Assembly (NCBI RefSeq): GCF_013122565.1 | Contig: NZ_CP053258.1 | Reading direction: 5' to 3' (one strand) | DNA length: 64,000 bases | From: Escherichia coli | Lineage (GTDB): Bacteria; Pseudomonadota; Gammaproteobacteria; Enterobacterales; Enterobacteriaceae | In this document: in pieces, positions 53,953 through 64,000 of the stretch | Position numbering within the stretch: position 1 is the first letter of the stretch | Layout of the letters: every line of letters begins with the position of its first letter | Translations under genes and position numbers: made by a program | Notes under the pieces: generated by a model | The model's input: only the letters and a program-made list of their open reading frames with translations | The model's database searches: none | Told to the model about the DNA's origin: nothing

Positions 53953-54606
53953 ATGGATATCATTTCTGTCGCCTTAAAGCGTCATTCCACTAAGGCATTT
54001 GATGCCAGCAAAAAACTTACCCCGGAACAGGCCGAGCAGATCAAAACTCTCCTGCAATACAGCCCATCCAGCACCAACTCCCAGCCGTGGCATTTTATTG
54101 TTGCCAGCACGGAAGAAGGTAAAGCGCGTGTTGCCAAATCCGCTGCCGGTAATTATGTGTTCAACGAACGTAAAATACTTGATGCCTCGCACGTCGTGGT
54201 GTTCTGTGCAAAAACCGCGATGGACGATGCCTGGCTGAAGCTGGTTGTTGACCAGGAAGATGCTGATGGCCGCTTTGCCACGCCGGAAGCGAAAGCCGCG
54301 AACGATAAAGGTCGCAAGTTCTTCGCCGATATGCACCGTAAAGATCTGCATGATGATGCAGAGTGGATGGCAAAACAGGTTTATCTCAACGTCGGTAACT
54401 TCCTGCTCGGCGTGGCGGCTCTGGGTCTGGACGCGGTACCCATCGAAGGTTTTGACGCCGCCATCCTCGATGCAGAATTTGGTCTGAAAGAGAAAGGCTA
54501 CACCAGTCTGGTGGTTGTTCCGGTAGGTCATCACAGCGTTGAAGATTTTAACGCTACGCTGCCGAAATCTCGTCTGCCGCAAAACATCACCTTAACCGAA
54601 GTGTAA
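53953..54606 (+). CDS. nfsB: oxygen-insensitive NAD(P)H nitroreductase NfsB (217 aa)
   Basis: Internal Met ([23 protein letters not shown]) of track ORF 53902..54606; nitroreductase fold. Confidence 0.93.
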   Translation: MDIISVALKRHSTKAFDASKKLTPEQAEQIKTLLQYSPSSTNSQPWHFIVASTEEGKARVAKSAAGNYVFNERKILDASHVVVFCAKTAMDDAWLKLVVDQEDADGRFATPEAKAANDKGRKFFADMHRKDLHDDAEWMAKQVYLNVGNFLLGVAALGLDAVPIEGFDAAILDAEFGLKEKGYTSLVVVPVGHHSVEDFNATLPKSRLPQNITLTEV

Positions 54607-54665
54607 TTCTCTCTTGCCGGGCATCTGCCCGGCTATTTCCCCTCAGATTCTCCTGATTTGCATAA

Positions 54666-55961
<1,296 letters not shown>

Positions 55962-55963
55962 TT

Positions 55964-56000
55964 AAAAAAACCGCTCTCATCGAATGGATGAGAGCGGACA
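55964..56000. terminator. bidirectional terminator between convergent ybdG and pheP
   Basis: aaaaaaa-ccgctctcatc-gaatg-gatgagagcgg: the A-run on plus gives a U-tract for pheP on minus. Confidence 0.6.
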
Positions 56001-56028
56001 TCGTTTTGTCGGATGTAGCGTGAATGCC

Positions 56029-57405
56029 TTATTTCCGACGCAGCGTTTTAAATGCCACAAACAGGAATACAATCCACACCGGCAGCAGGATCGCTGACAA
56101 GCGCATATCATCCATCGTGCACATCAGCAGCAAAATCATGCCGAGGAAGGCAATGCAGAGATAGTTTCCGAACGGATAGAGCAGCGCCTTAAACTGTGTT
56201 TCACGCCCCTGACGTCGCATCGCTGCACGAAAACGCAGATGCGCCAGACAGATCATAATCCAGTTCAACAGCAGCGTTGCTACCACCAGCGCCATCAGCA
56301 GACCAAACGCTTTTTGCGGCAGCAGATAGTTGATTAACACCACCAGCGAAGTGATCGCTCCGGAAAGCATCAGCGAGTTAATCGGCACGCCGCGACGGCT
56401 AACACGGGTAAGGAACTTCGGCGCATTACCCTGCACAGAAAGGCCAAACAGCATGCGGCTGTTAGAGTAAACCCCGCTGTTATACACCGACAGCGATGCT
56501 ACCAGAATGACGAAGTTCAGCGCAGAAGCTACCACGTTGCTGTCGAGATTATGGAAAATCATCACAAACGGGCTACTGTTGGATTTCACTTCCACCCACG
56601 GATAGAGCGCCAGTAAAACCACCAGTGAACCGATGTAAAACAGCAGGATGCGATACACCACCTGATTTACCGCTTTTGGAATGCTTTTTTCCGGATCGCG
56701 CGCTTCAGCGGCAGTAATCCCAATCAGCTCCAGACCGCCGAAGGAGAACATAATTACCGCCAGCGACAAAATCAGCCCATTCCAGCCGGTGGCGAAGAAA
56801 CCACCGTAGCGCCAGAGGTTGTCGATACTGGCTTTCTCGCCGCCGTGACCAGAAAACAGCAGCCACAGGCCAAAGCCGATCATACCGATGATCGCCAGCA
56901 CTTTAATCAGCGCAAACCAGAACTCGGTTTCGCCATATAAGCGCACGTTCACCAGGTTAACGGCGTTGATGATAATAAAGAAGGCGGCAGCCCAAATCCA
57001 CGTTGGAACATCCGGGAACCAGTACTGCATATAGATGCCCGCAGCGGTCAGCTCTGCCATTCCCACCAGCACGAACATCACCCAGTAATTCCAGCCAGAG
57101 AGGAAGCCCGCGAACGGTCCCCAGTATTTATAGGCAAAGTGGGCAAATGAACCGGATACCGGCTCCTCAACCACCATTTCGCCAAGCTGGCGCATAATCA
57201 GGAAAGCGATGATCCCGGCGACGCCGTAGCCCAGCAATACAGCCGGACCCGCCATCTGAATCGCCGGGCCAATGCCAAGAAACAGACCAGTACCAATTGC
57301 GCCACCCAGCGCAATCAGTTGAATATGACGGTTATGTAATCCGCGATGAAGCGTCGGCTCTTGATTCGACGCAGTATCTTCCGATACGGTTGACGCGTTT
57401 TTCAC
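56029..57405 (-). CDS. pheP: phenylalanine-specific permease, APC family (458 aa)
   Basis: Track ORF 56029..57441 trimmed to residue 13 (GTG start; VKNASTVSEDTASNQEP) to give 458 aa; start codon choice is from memory of PheP length. Confidence 0.88.
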   Translation of the reverse strand: MKNASTVSEDTASNQEPTLHRGLHNRHIQLIALGGAIGTGLFLGIGPAIQMAGPAVLLGYGVAGIIAFLIMRQLGEMVVEEPVSGSFAHFAYKYWGPFAGFLSGWNYWVMFVLVGMAELTAAGIYMQYWFPDVPTWIWAAAFFIIINAVNLVNVRLYGETEFWFALIKVLAIIGMIGFGLWLLFSGHGGEKASIDNLWRYGGFFATGWNGLILSLAVIMFSFGGLELIGITAAEARDPEKSIPKAVNQVVYRILLFYIGSLVVLLALYPWVEVKSNSSPFVMIFHNLDSNVVASALNFVILVASLSVYNSGVYSNSRMLFGLSVQGNAPKFLTRVSRRGVPINSLMLSGAITSLVVLINYLLPQKAFGLLMALVVATLLLNWIMICLAHLRFRAAMRRQGRETQFKALLYPFGNYLCIAFLGMILLLMCTMDDMRLSAILLPVWIVFLFVAFKTLRRK

Positions 57406-57506
57406 GCCTTTCCCCTGTGTGTCTTTTTTGTTGAGGGGCACCTTTTAACATTTAGTGCCCATCGTCGCAAGACACAATCCACACGGTCAAACGGGGTATC
57501 CTGCTT

Positions 57507-60500
57507 TTATTTCCGTACCCGATGTCGGTGCAGCCACATCAGCTTATACGCCGCCGGGATAATAAACAGCGACAGCAAAGGCGCGGTGATCATGCCGCCA
57601 ATCATCGGCGCGGCAATCCGGCTCATCACCTCTGATCCTGCCCCCGTTCCCCACAGAATCGGCAGCAGACCGGCGATAATCACCGCCACCGTCATCGCTT
57701 TCGGGCGCACGCGCAGGACCGCGCCGTGATATAACGCCTCATCCAGCTTCTGCTCGCTGAATGTTTGTGGATTATTCAACGACGGCTCGGCCTCTATGGC
57801 GTGACGTAAATACATCAGCATCACCACGCCAAATTCGGCGGCGACCCCGGCGAGGGCGATAAAGCCAGTGCCCGTCGCCACGGAAAGATGAAAGCCCATC
57901 CACCAAAGCAACCAGATGCCGCCCACCAGCGCAAACGGTACGCTGCTGATAATCAGCAACGCTTCGCCCACCCGACGGAATGCCAGATACAACAGCACGA
58001 AGATGATCATCAGTGTCATCGGCACCATGAGTTTCAGCTTATGGTTGGCGCGCTCCAGTAGCTCGAACTGCCCGGAGAATGCCACGCTGGTGCCCGGTTT
58101 TAACTGCACTTTTTCAGCTATCGCTTTTTGCAAATCGTGAACCACCGACACCATGTCACGATCGCGGGCATCGATATAAATCCAGCTCGTCGGGCGCGCA
58201 TTCTCGGTTTTCAGCATTGACGGTCCGGTAGAGACTTTAACGTCGGCCACGTCTGCCAGGGTGATTTGCTGCTTCATCGGCGTCAGGATCGGCAGCTGGC
58301 GCAGTGCCTGCGGACTATCGCGCCAGCTTTGCGGATAACGCAGATTAATTGGATAACGGGCAATTCCTTCCACCGTTTCGCCAACCATCGCCCCGCCCAC
58401 CGCAGAAGTCACAAACAACTGCACATCCGCCACCGTCATACCGTAACGTGCGGCTTTTTCACGGTTAATCTCAACGTTGATATAGCGCCCACCTTCCAGA
58501 CGCTCGGCAAGCGCAGAAGCTACGCCTGGCACCGTTCGCGCCACTTCTTCAATTTGCTCCGCCATCGCGTCGATATCCGCCAGCACAGTGCCGGAAACTT
58601 TAATGCCGATGGGGCTTTTAATGCCGGTCGAGAGCATATCGATACGGTTACGAATTGGCGGCACCCACAGATTCGCCAGCCCCGGCAGACGCACGGTGTT
58701 ATCCAGTTCCTCAATGATTTTGTCCATCGTCATGCCTGGCCGCCACTGATCCTGTGGCTTAAGCTGGATGGTCGTTTCCACCATCTCCAGCGGAGCAGAG
58801 TCGGTGGCGGTTTCCGCTTTTCCGGTTTTGCCAAATACCCGCGCCACTTCAGGTACGCTCATAATCAGCTTGTCGGTTTTTTGCAGCATACTCGCCGCCT
58901 CTGCTGCGGAAATCCCCGGCAGCGTCGATGGCATATACAACAAGTCGCCTTCATTGATCTGCGGTAAAAATTCCCCGCCAACTTTATTGAGCGGCCAGAG
59001 AACCGTCAGCACCGAAAGCGCTGCCACCAACAGCGTGGTTTTCGGCCAGTGCAGTACTTTCAGCAATAGCGGATGATAAACACGAATCAAAAAGCGATTG
59101 AGCGGGTTACTGCTTTCCGGCGGAATTTTGCCACGGATCCAGTAACCCATCAGGATAGGGATCACCACGATCGCCAGCAGCGCCGCGCCCGCCATCGCAT
59201 ACGTTTTGGTGAACGCCAGCGGGCCAAACAGACGCCCTTCCTGCCCTTCCAGGGTGAAGATCGGGATAAACGACAGTGTGATAATCAGCAGACTGATAAA
59301 CAGCGCCGGTCCCACTTCAACAGACGCATCGGTAATCACCTGCCAGCGCGTTTTATTATCCAGCGTGGCGTCAGGATGCTGGTGCTGCCACTCTTCCAGC
59401 CGTTTATGCGCATTCTCGATCATGACGATAGCGGCATCGACCATCGCCCCGACGGCAATCGCAATACCGCCCAGCGACATAATATTGGCATTCAGCCCCT
59501 GGAAGTGCATGACAATAAAAGCAATACACAACCCCAGCGGCAACGAAATAATCGCCACCAGCGCCGAGCGCACATGCCAGAGAAACAGCGCACAGACTAC
59601 CGCCACCACAATAAACTCTTCCAGCAACTTGCCGCTGAGGTTGTCGATGGCCCGGTCAATGAGCTGGCTGCGATCGTATGTTGTAACTATCTCCACGCCT
59701 TCCGGCAGACTACTTTTCAGCGTTTCCAGTTTGTCCTTCACGGCGGCGATCACTTCTCGGGCGTTTTTGCCGGAGCGCAGGATCACCACCCCGCCCGCAA
59801 CTTCGCCTTCGCCGTTCAGTTCGGCAATGCCCCGGCGCATCTCCGGGCCAACCTGGACCTTCGCAACATCACGCAGATAAACAGGCACGCCATTTTCACT
59901 GGCTTTTAAAACGATGTGATTAAAGTCGTCGAGCGTTTGCAGATAGCCGCTGGCGCGCACCATATATTCCGCTTCCGCCAGTTCGATCGACGAACCGCCC
60001 GCTTCCTGGTTTGAAGCATCTAGCGCGCTTTTTACTTCGGCGAGACTGATACCATATTGCGCCAGGCGCTGGGGATCGATAACCACCTGATACTCTTTCA
60101 CCACGCCGCCCACCGACGCCACTTCCGCAACGTCAGGGATGGTTTTTAGCTCATATTTGAGAAACCAGTCCTGCAATGAGCGTAAATCGGCCAGATCGTG
60201 CTTACCGCTGCGATCCACCAGTGCATATTCATAGATCCAGCCAACACCCGTGGCATCTGGCCCCAGCTCGGCGCTGACTCCCGCAGGCAGCTTACCCTGT
60301 ACCTGGTTGAGGTACTCCAGCACCCGCGTGCGCGCCCAGTACGGATCGGTGCCATCTTCGAAAATGACATACACATAAGAGTCGCCAAACTGCGAGAAAC
60401 CGCGCACAGTCTTCGCGCCAGGTACCGACAACATGGTGGTAGTTAGCGGATAAGTCACCTGATTTTCAACGATTTGCGGTGCCTGCCCGGGATAGCTGGT

Positions 60501-60650
60501 TTTAATAATCACCTGCACATCGGAGAGATCCGGCAGCGCATCCACTGGCGTGTTAATGATGGTCCAGGTACCCCAGATGCTCAGAAACAACGCACCCATC
60601 AGTACCAGAAAACGGTTCGCCACCGAGCGACGAATAATCCATTCAATCAT
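57507..60650 (-). CDS. cusA: RND copper/silver efflux pump inner-membrane subunit CusA (1047 aa)
   Basis: Track ORF 1047 aa, 12-TM RND architecture. Confidence 0.95.
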   Translation of the reverse strand: MIEWIIRRSVANRFLVLMGALFLSIWGTWTIINTPVDALPDLSDVQVIIKTSYPGQAPQIVENQVTYPLTTTMLSVPGAKTVRGFSQFGDSYVYVIFEDGTDPYWARTRVLEYLNQVQGKLPAGVSAELGPDATGVGWIYEYALVDRSGKHDLADLRSLQDWFLKYELKTIPDVAEVASVGGVVKEYQVVIDPQRLAQYGISLAEVKSALDASNQEAGGSSIELAEAEYMVRASGYLQTLDDFNHIVLKASENGVPVYLRDVAKVQVGPEMRRGIAELNGEGEVAGGVVILRSGKNAREVIAAVKDKLETLKSSLPEGVEIVTTYDRSQLIDRAIDNLSGKLLEEFIVVAVVCALFLWHVRSALVAIISLPLGLCIAFIVMHFQGLNANIMSLGGIAIAVGAMVDAAIVMIENAHKRLEEWQHQHPDATLDNKTRWQVITDASVEVGPALFISLLIITLSFIPIFTLEGQEGRLFGPLAFTKTYAMAGAALLAIVVIPILMGYWIRGKIPPESSNPLNRFLIRVYHPLLLKVLHWPKTTLLVAALSVLTVLWPLNKVGGEFLPQINEGDLLYMPSTLPGISAAEAASMLQKTDKLIMSVPEVARVFGKTGKAETATDSAPLEMVETTIQLKPQDQWRPGMTMDKIIEELDNTVRLPGLANLWVPPIRNRIDMLSTGIKSPIGIKVSGTVLADIDAMAEQIEEVARTVPGVASALAERLEGGRYINVEINREKAARYGMTVADVQLFVTSAVGGAMVGETVEGIARYPINLRYPQSWRDSPQALRQLPILTPMKQQITLADVADVKVSTGPSMLKTENARPTSWIYIDARDRDMVSVVHDLQKAIAEKVQLKPGTSVAFSGQFELLERANHKLKLMVPMTLMIIFVLLYLAFRRVGEALLIISSVPFALVGGIWLLWWMGFHLSVATGTGFIALAGVAAEFGVVMLMYLRHAIEAEPSLNNPQTFSEQKLDEALYHGAVLRVRPKAMTVAVIIAGLLPILWGTGAGSEVMSRIAAPMIGGMITAPLLSLFIIPAAYKLMWLHRHRVRK

Positions 60651-60661
60651 TGGTTATTCCC

Positions 60662-61885
60662 TCAATGCGCATGGGTAGCAGTTTCAGAGCGCATCCGCTC
60701 CAGTGCGCCAGAAATATTGGCTTCGGAATCAATCAGGAACAGGCCGCTGGAAACCACCTTTTCACCTTCCGCCAGACCAGAGCGTAACGCGGTGACACCT
60801 TGCGATGCCTGGAAAACGGCAACGCGTTTCGGTACAAAGCGCCCGTCGGCATCAACGGTAATCACCCGCTGTTCGTTGCCGGTATCAATCAGCGCTTGTG
60901 ACGGAATGAGCAGCATCGGTTCGCTGGCGGTATTGAGTTGCAACCAGGCGTTCATTCCCGGTTTTAGCGCCTCGTCGGCGTTGTCGACTTCCAGACGCAG
61001 CTGCAGCGTGCGGGTCGCGGCATCCACGCCAGGTAGTAGCGTCCATTTGCGGATGGTGAGTGTTTTATCAGGTCGCGCCGGAACGGTGAGCGTAAACTGC
61101 GAGGCATCTTTCACCAGCCAGGCGATGGACTCCGGGATCGCAGCAGTGACCCACACCGGGTCCATACCCTGAATTTTCGCTACCACGTTATCTTTGGCGA
61201 TATTCATTCCCGCGCGCAGATCAAACGCGGTGATCACGCCATCAATGGGTGCTTTGAGCGTAAAGCGAGTCTGGATTTTTTGCGTGGCGATCAGGCGGCG
61301 AATATCCGCCTCCGGCATTCCCGCCAGTCGCAGCCGCTCAAGAATGCCTTCAGTCTGGGTCGCCGTACCGCCGGTTTCGCGCAGCAGTAAATACTCACTC
61401 TGCGCTTCCACCCAGTCGGGAATGGTCAGGTCGAGAAGCGGTGTGCCCTTTTGCACTTTATCGCCCACGGTAAGCGGATACACCTTGTCGATAAACCCGG
61501 CGGCGCGAGCCTGCACAATGGCATACTGATACTCGTTGTAACTGACATTCGCCGGGAAACTCTGGGCAAAAGTCAGCGGCCCGCGCGTGACGGTAGCCGT
61601 TTTCACCCCCAGATTCTGCGTCTGAGTCGGGTCAATGCGCACACCAGACGCAGAACTCTCTTCATCGGCATATTTCGGCACCAGATCCATATCCATAAAC
61701 GGCGATTTACCTGGTTTATCGAACCGCGTATTGGGATACATCGGGTCGTACCAGAATAAGATTTTACGTTCTGCGGTCGACGTTTTTTCTGCGGGTGGTT
61801 CAGCCTTTGCAAACCAGGTAAAACCTGCCGCAGAAATAATACCGCCCGCGATCATGCTGCCGATAATAAGCGCGATTTTTTTCAT
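60662..61885 (-). CDS. cusB: periplasmic adaptor (membrane fusion) protein CusB (407 aa)
   Basis: Track ORF 407 aa. Confidence 0.94.
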   Translation of the reverse strand: MKKIALIIGSMIAGGIISAAGFTWFAKAEPPAEKTSTAERKILFWYDPMYPNTRFDKPGKSPFMDMDLVPKYADEESSASGVRIDPTQTQNLGVKTATVTRGPLTFAQSFPANVSYNEYQYAIVQARAAGFIDKVYPLTVGDKVQKGTPLLDLTIPDWVEAQSEYLLLRETGGTATQTEGILERLRLAGMPEADIRRLIATQKIQTRFTLKAPIDGVITAFDLRAGMNIAKDNVVAKIQGMDPVWVTAAIPESIAWLVKDASQFTLTVPARPDKTLTIRKWTLLPGVDAATRTLQLRLEVDNADEALKPGMNAWLQLNTASEPMLLIPSQALIDTGNEQRVITVDADGRFVPKRVAVFQASQGVTALRSGLAEGEKVVSSGLFLIDSEANISGALERMRSETATHAH

Positions 61886-61900
61886 CTCATTAAACCTGGG

Positions 61901-62233
61901 TTACTGGCTGACTTTAATATCCTGTAATAAAGAAAGGTTGCCCTGCTGGACAAAATTAAACGCCACTTTGTCGCCAGTTTTAATTTCACTCATTTTCGTC
62001 TGCGGAGTGATGGTAAAGCGCATGGTCATCTCCGGCCAGTTCACGGCAGCAATCGGATCGTGATGGATGGTGATTTTTTTGCTTTCCAGATCAACACCTT
62101 TTACCACGCCGGTAGCACTAATGACCTGTGGTTGTGCTTCGCTCATGGTTTCATGATGATGTTCGTTAGCCTGGGCATTAAAGCCAATAACGGTAAACAG
62201 ACTGAACATTGCGACTTGCAGTGCTTTTTTCAT
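61901..62233 (-). CDS. cusF: periplasmic copper/silver chaperone CusF (110 aa)
   Basis: Track ORF 110 aa with signal peptide and Met/His/Trp metal site region (HHHETMSE...MTMRF). Confidence 0.93.
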   Translation of the reverse strand: MKKALQVAMFSLFTVIGFNAQANEHHHETMSEAQPQVISATGVVKGVDLESKKITIHHDPIAAVNWPEMTMRFTITPQTKMSEIKTGDKVAFNFVQQGNLSLLQDIKVSQ

Positions 62234-62256
62234 TTATTCTCTCCTGGAGTTAAAAA

Positions 62257-63639
62257 TTATTGCTGCCAACCGCCACCAAGTGCGGTATATAAAGAAATTT
62301 CGTTGACCTGACGGGCATAATTCAGGTCAAGTAAGGTTTGTCGGGTTGCAAATAAAGAACGCTCGGCATCCAGCACTTCCAGATAACTTACCGCGCCGTG
62401 CTGATATAATGCCCGCGCCCGTTGCAAAGTAATTTGCAGCGACGCCAGATAACGCTGCTGGGCGCTAATTTGATCGTTCAGGCTTTGACGTAATGCCAGC
62501 GCATCTGCCACTTCTTTAAAGGCGTTCTGGATTTTCTGTTCATAATTCACCACCGACTGCTGCTGGCGAATTTCGGCGATATCCAGATTGGCCTGGTTGC
62601 GTCCGGCATTAAAAATGGGGATCTCAATTTTAGGAATAAAATTCCACATCCCGCTGCTGGCGTTAAATAATGACGACAGATCGCTGCTGGCGGTTGATAT
62701 TCCGCTGGTCAGGCTGATAGACGGGAAAAATGCTGCACGTGCAGCACCAATATTGGCATTAGCCGCCATTAACGCGTGTTCAGCTTCCATAATATCCGGG
62801 CGCTGCAATAAGATTTGCGACGACAAGCCCGCCGGTAATTTAACGCTTTGCAGGCTGTCGCTGTTTACTGTCTGCGCTTGCGGCAGTTTACCGTAGCTTC
62901 CCAGCAACAGTTGCAATGCATTATTCGCCTGCGCCAGTTCCCCCTGACGTTTAGCGATGTCGCTGCGGGTACTTTCAATAACCCCGCGAGCCTGTTCCAG
63001 CGCCAGAACATTGCTGCTACCTGTCAACAGTTGTTTTTCGACAAACGCATATGACTGCTGATAATTACGCAGCGTTTCTTCGGCTATTTGCAATTGCGCA
63101 TACGCCAGCTGCTGATTGAAATAGCTTTGCGCGACATTAGAAACCAGCAGAATATGCACCGCGCGCTGAGCTTCCTCAGTGGCTAAATAATTTTGTCGCT
63201 CGGCTTCGCTCATGTTCTTTAAGCGCCCGAAAAAATCGAGGTCAAAGCTGGCGTTAAGGCCAGTAGAAAACTCCCGCGTCGTGGCTGAATCGCCTTTAAG
63301 ATTGCCGCTCCAGCTGCCGCTGCCCTCACCATTGAGCTGTGGGTAGCGGTCGGCATCAGTCAGACGATATTGCGCCCGTGCCTCCTGCACTTTCAGCGTC
63401 GCCATGCGCAAATCCCGGTTATTCACCAGCGCCTCGCTAATCAGCGTCTTCACCTGATTATCAACAAAAAAGGTGCGCCAGCCCGCGTTCTGATAGTTAT
63501 CTGCTGCGTTAACCAGGCCGTTCTGGCTGAGTGAGAACTGCTGAGGAACGGGCATTGCCGGACGCTGATAATCCGGTGCCAGTGAACAACCGGTTAGCGC
63601 AAGGGCCACACAAAATGGCAGAAGTTTACAAGGAGACAT
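62257..63639 (-). CDS. cusC: outer-membrane efflux channel lipoprotein CusC (about 457-460 aa)
   Basis: Track ORF 460 aa with lipobox LTGCSLA. Confidence 0.94.
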   Translation of the reverse strand: MSPCKLLPFCVALALTGCSLAPDYQRPAMPVPQQFSLSQNGLVNAADNYQNAGWRTFFVDNQVKTLISEALVNNRDLRMATLKVQEARAQYRLTDADRYPQLNGEGSGSWSGNLKGDSATTREFSTGLNASFDLDFFGRLKNMSEAERQNYLATEEAQRAVHILLVSNVAQSYFNQQLAYAQLQIAEETLRNYQQSYAFVEKQLLTGSSNVLALEQARGVIESTRSDIAKRQGELAQANNALQLLLGSYGKLPQAQTVNSDSLQSVKLPAGLSSQILLQRPDIMEAEHALMAANANIGAARAAFFPSISLTSGISTASSDLSSLFNASSGMWNFIPKIEIPIFNAGRNQANLDIAEIRQQQSVVNYEQKIQNAFKEVADALALRQSLNDQISAQQRYLASLQITLQRARALYQHGAVSYLEVLDAERSLFATRQTLLDLNYARQVNEISLYTALGGGWQQ

Positions 63640-63699
63640 AGGCTCATAATTTCTGGTGATTTTATACCGCCAACTTTACTCGCCAGGCTCTGATTTTCC

Positions 63700-63740
63700 G
63701 GTGACAGGAAAATGACAAAATTGTCATTTTGCCAATAAGC
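63700..63740. promoter_or_regulatory. CusR-box palindrome between divergent cusC and cusR
   Basis: aaaatgacaaaattgtcatttt, a perfect palindrome ATGACAA-nn-TTGTCAT, in the 156-bp cusC-cusR intergenic region. Confidence 0.6.
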
Positions 63741-63795
63741 GATTGCCATCTGATCCCGCTACTCTAGAATTGCCCGGGCAACATGCGGAGGAAAT

Positions 63796-64000
63796 ATGAA
63801 ACTGTTGATTGTCGAAGATGAAAAGAAAACCGGAGAATACTTGACCAAAGGGTTAACCGAAGCCGGTTTTGTGGTCGATTTGGCCGACAACGGGCTGAAT
63901 GGCTACCATCTGGCGATGACCGGTGATTATGATCTGATAATCCTCGATATTATGCTGCCGGACGTGAACGGCTGGGATATCGTGCGCATGTTGCGCTCCG
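63796..64000 (+). CDS. cusR: two-component response regulator CusR, N-terminal fragment (continues past window end)
   Basis: ATG at 63796 then [68 protein letters not shown] receiver domain. Confidence 0.88.

Noticed and set aside
56001-56040. REP-like sequence overlapping the pheP 3' end
   Set aside because: Only a degenerate resemblance to the REP consensus (gtcggatgtagcgtgaatgccttatttccgac) and it overlaps coding sequence; too weak to call.
58266-59909. Plus-strand ORFs of 233 and 278 aa antisense to cusA
   Set aside because: Embedded antisense in cusA; low-complexity R/H-rich translation; no support as genes.

Overview
This window reads as an Escherichia coli chromosomal segment, in reverse-complement orientation relative to the K-12 map, running from the 3' end of lipA to the 5' end of cusR. 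Almost every substantial ORF in the six-frame track maps to a recognisable gene: tatE, ybeM, crcB, cspE, pagP, dcuC, dpiAB, the citCDEFXG-citT citrate lyase operon, rna, rnk, ybdR, uspG, ahpCF, dsbG, the ybdO-ybdN-ybdM island, ybdL, ybdH, ybdD-cstA, the complete enterobactin cluster (entHABEC, fepB, entS, fepDGC, fepE, entF, ybdZ, fes, fepA, entD), hokE, one intact IS150 copy, ybdK, ybdJ, ybdF, nfsB, ybdG, pheP, cusCFBA and the start of cusR. No rRNA, tRNA or CRISPR array was recognised. The most interesting locus is the AT-rich ybdO-ybdN-ybdM island, where a PP-loop ATP pyrophosphatase gene overlaps a ParB/Srx-like gene; I read this as a candidate nucleic-acid modification or defence-like module, which is inference only. 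Other points worth a second look are the IS150 insertion with a GGG target duplication 70 bp upstream of hokE, an apparently intact ybeM, a candidate 29-codon hydrophobic small ORF between rnk and ybdR, GC-rich palindromic repeats, and several convergent gene pairs with shared or abutting stop codons. CDS coordinates are anchored to the ORF track and include the stop codon; many starts were moved to internal codons to match remembered protein lengths, and several are GTG or TTG. Coordinates of non-coding motifs were read by eye and may be off by about 10-15 bp. All gene identities are from memory of E. coli proteins, not from a database search.
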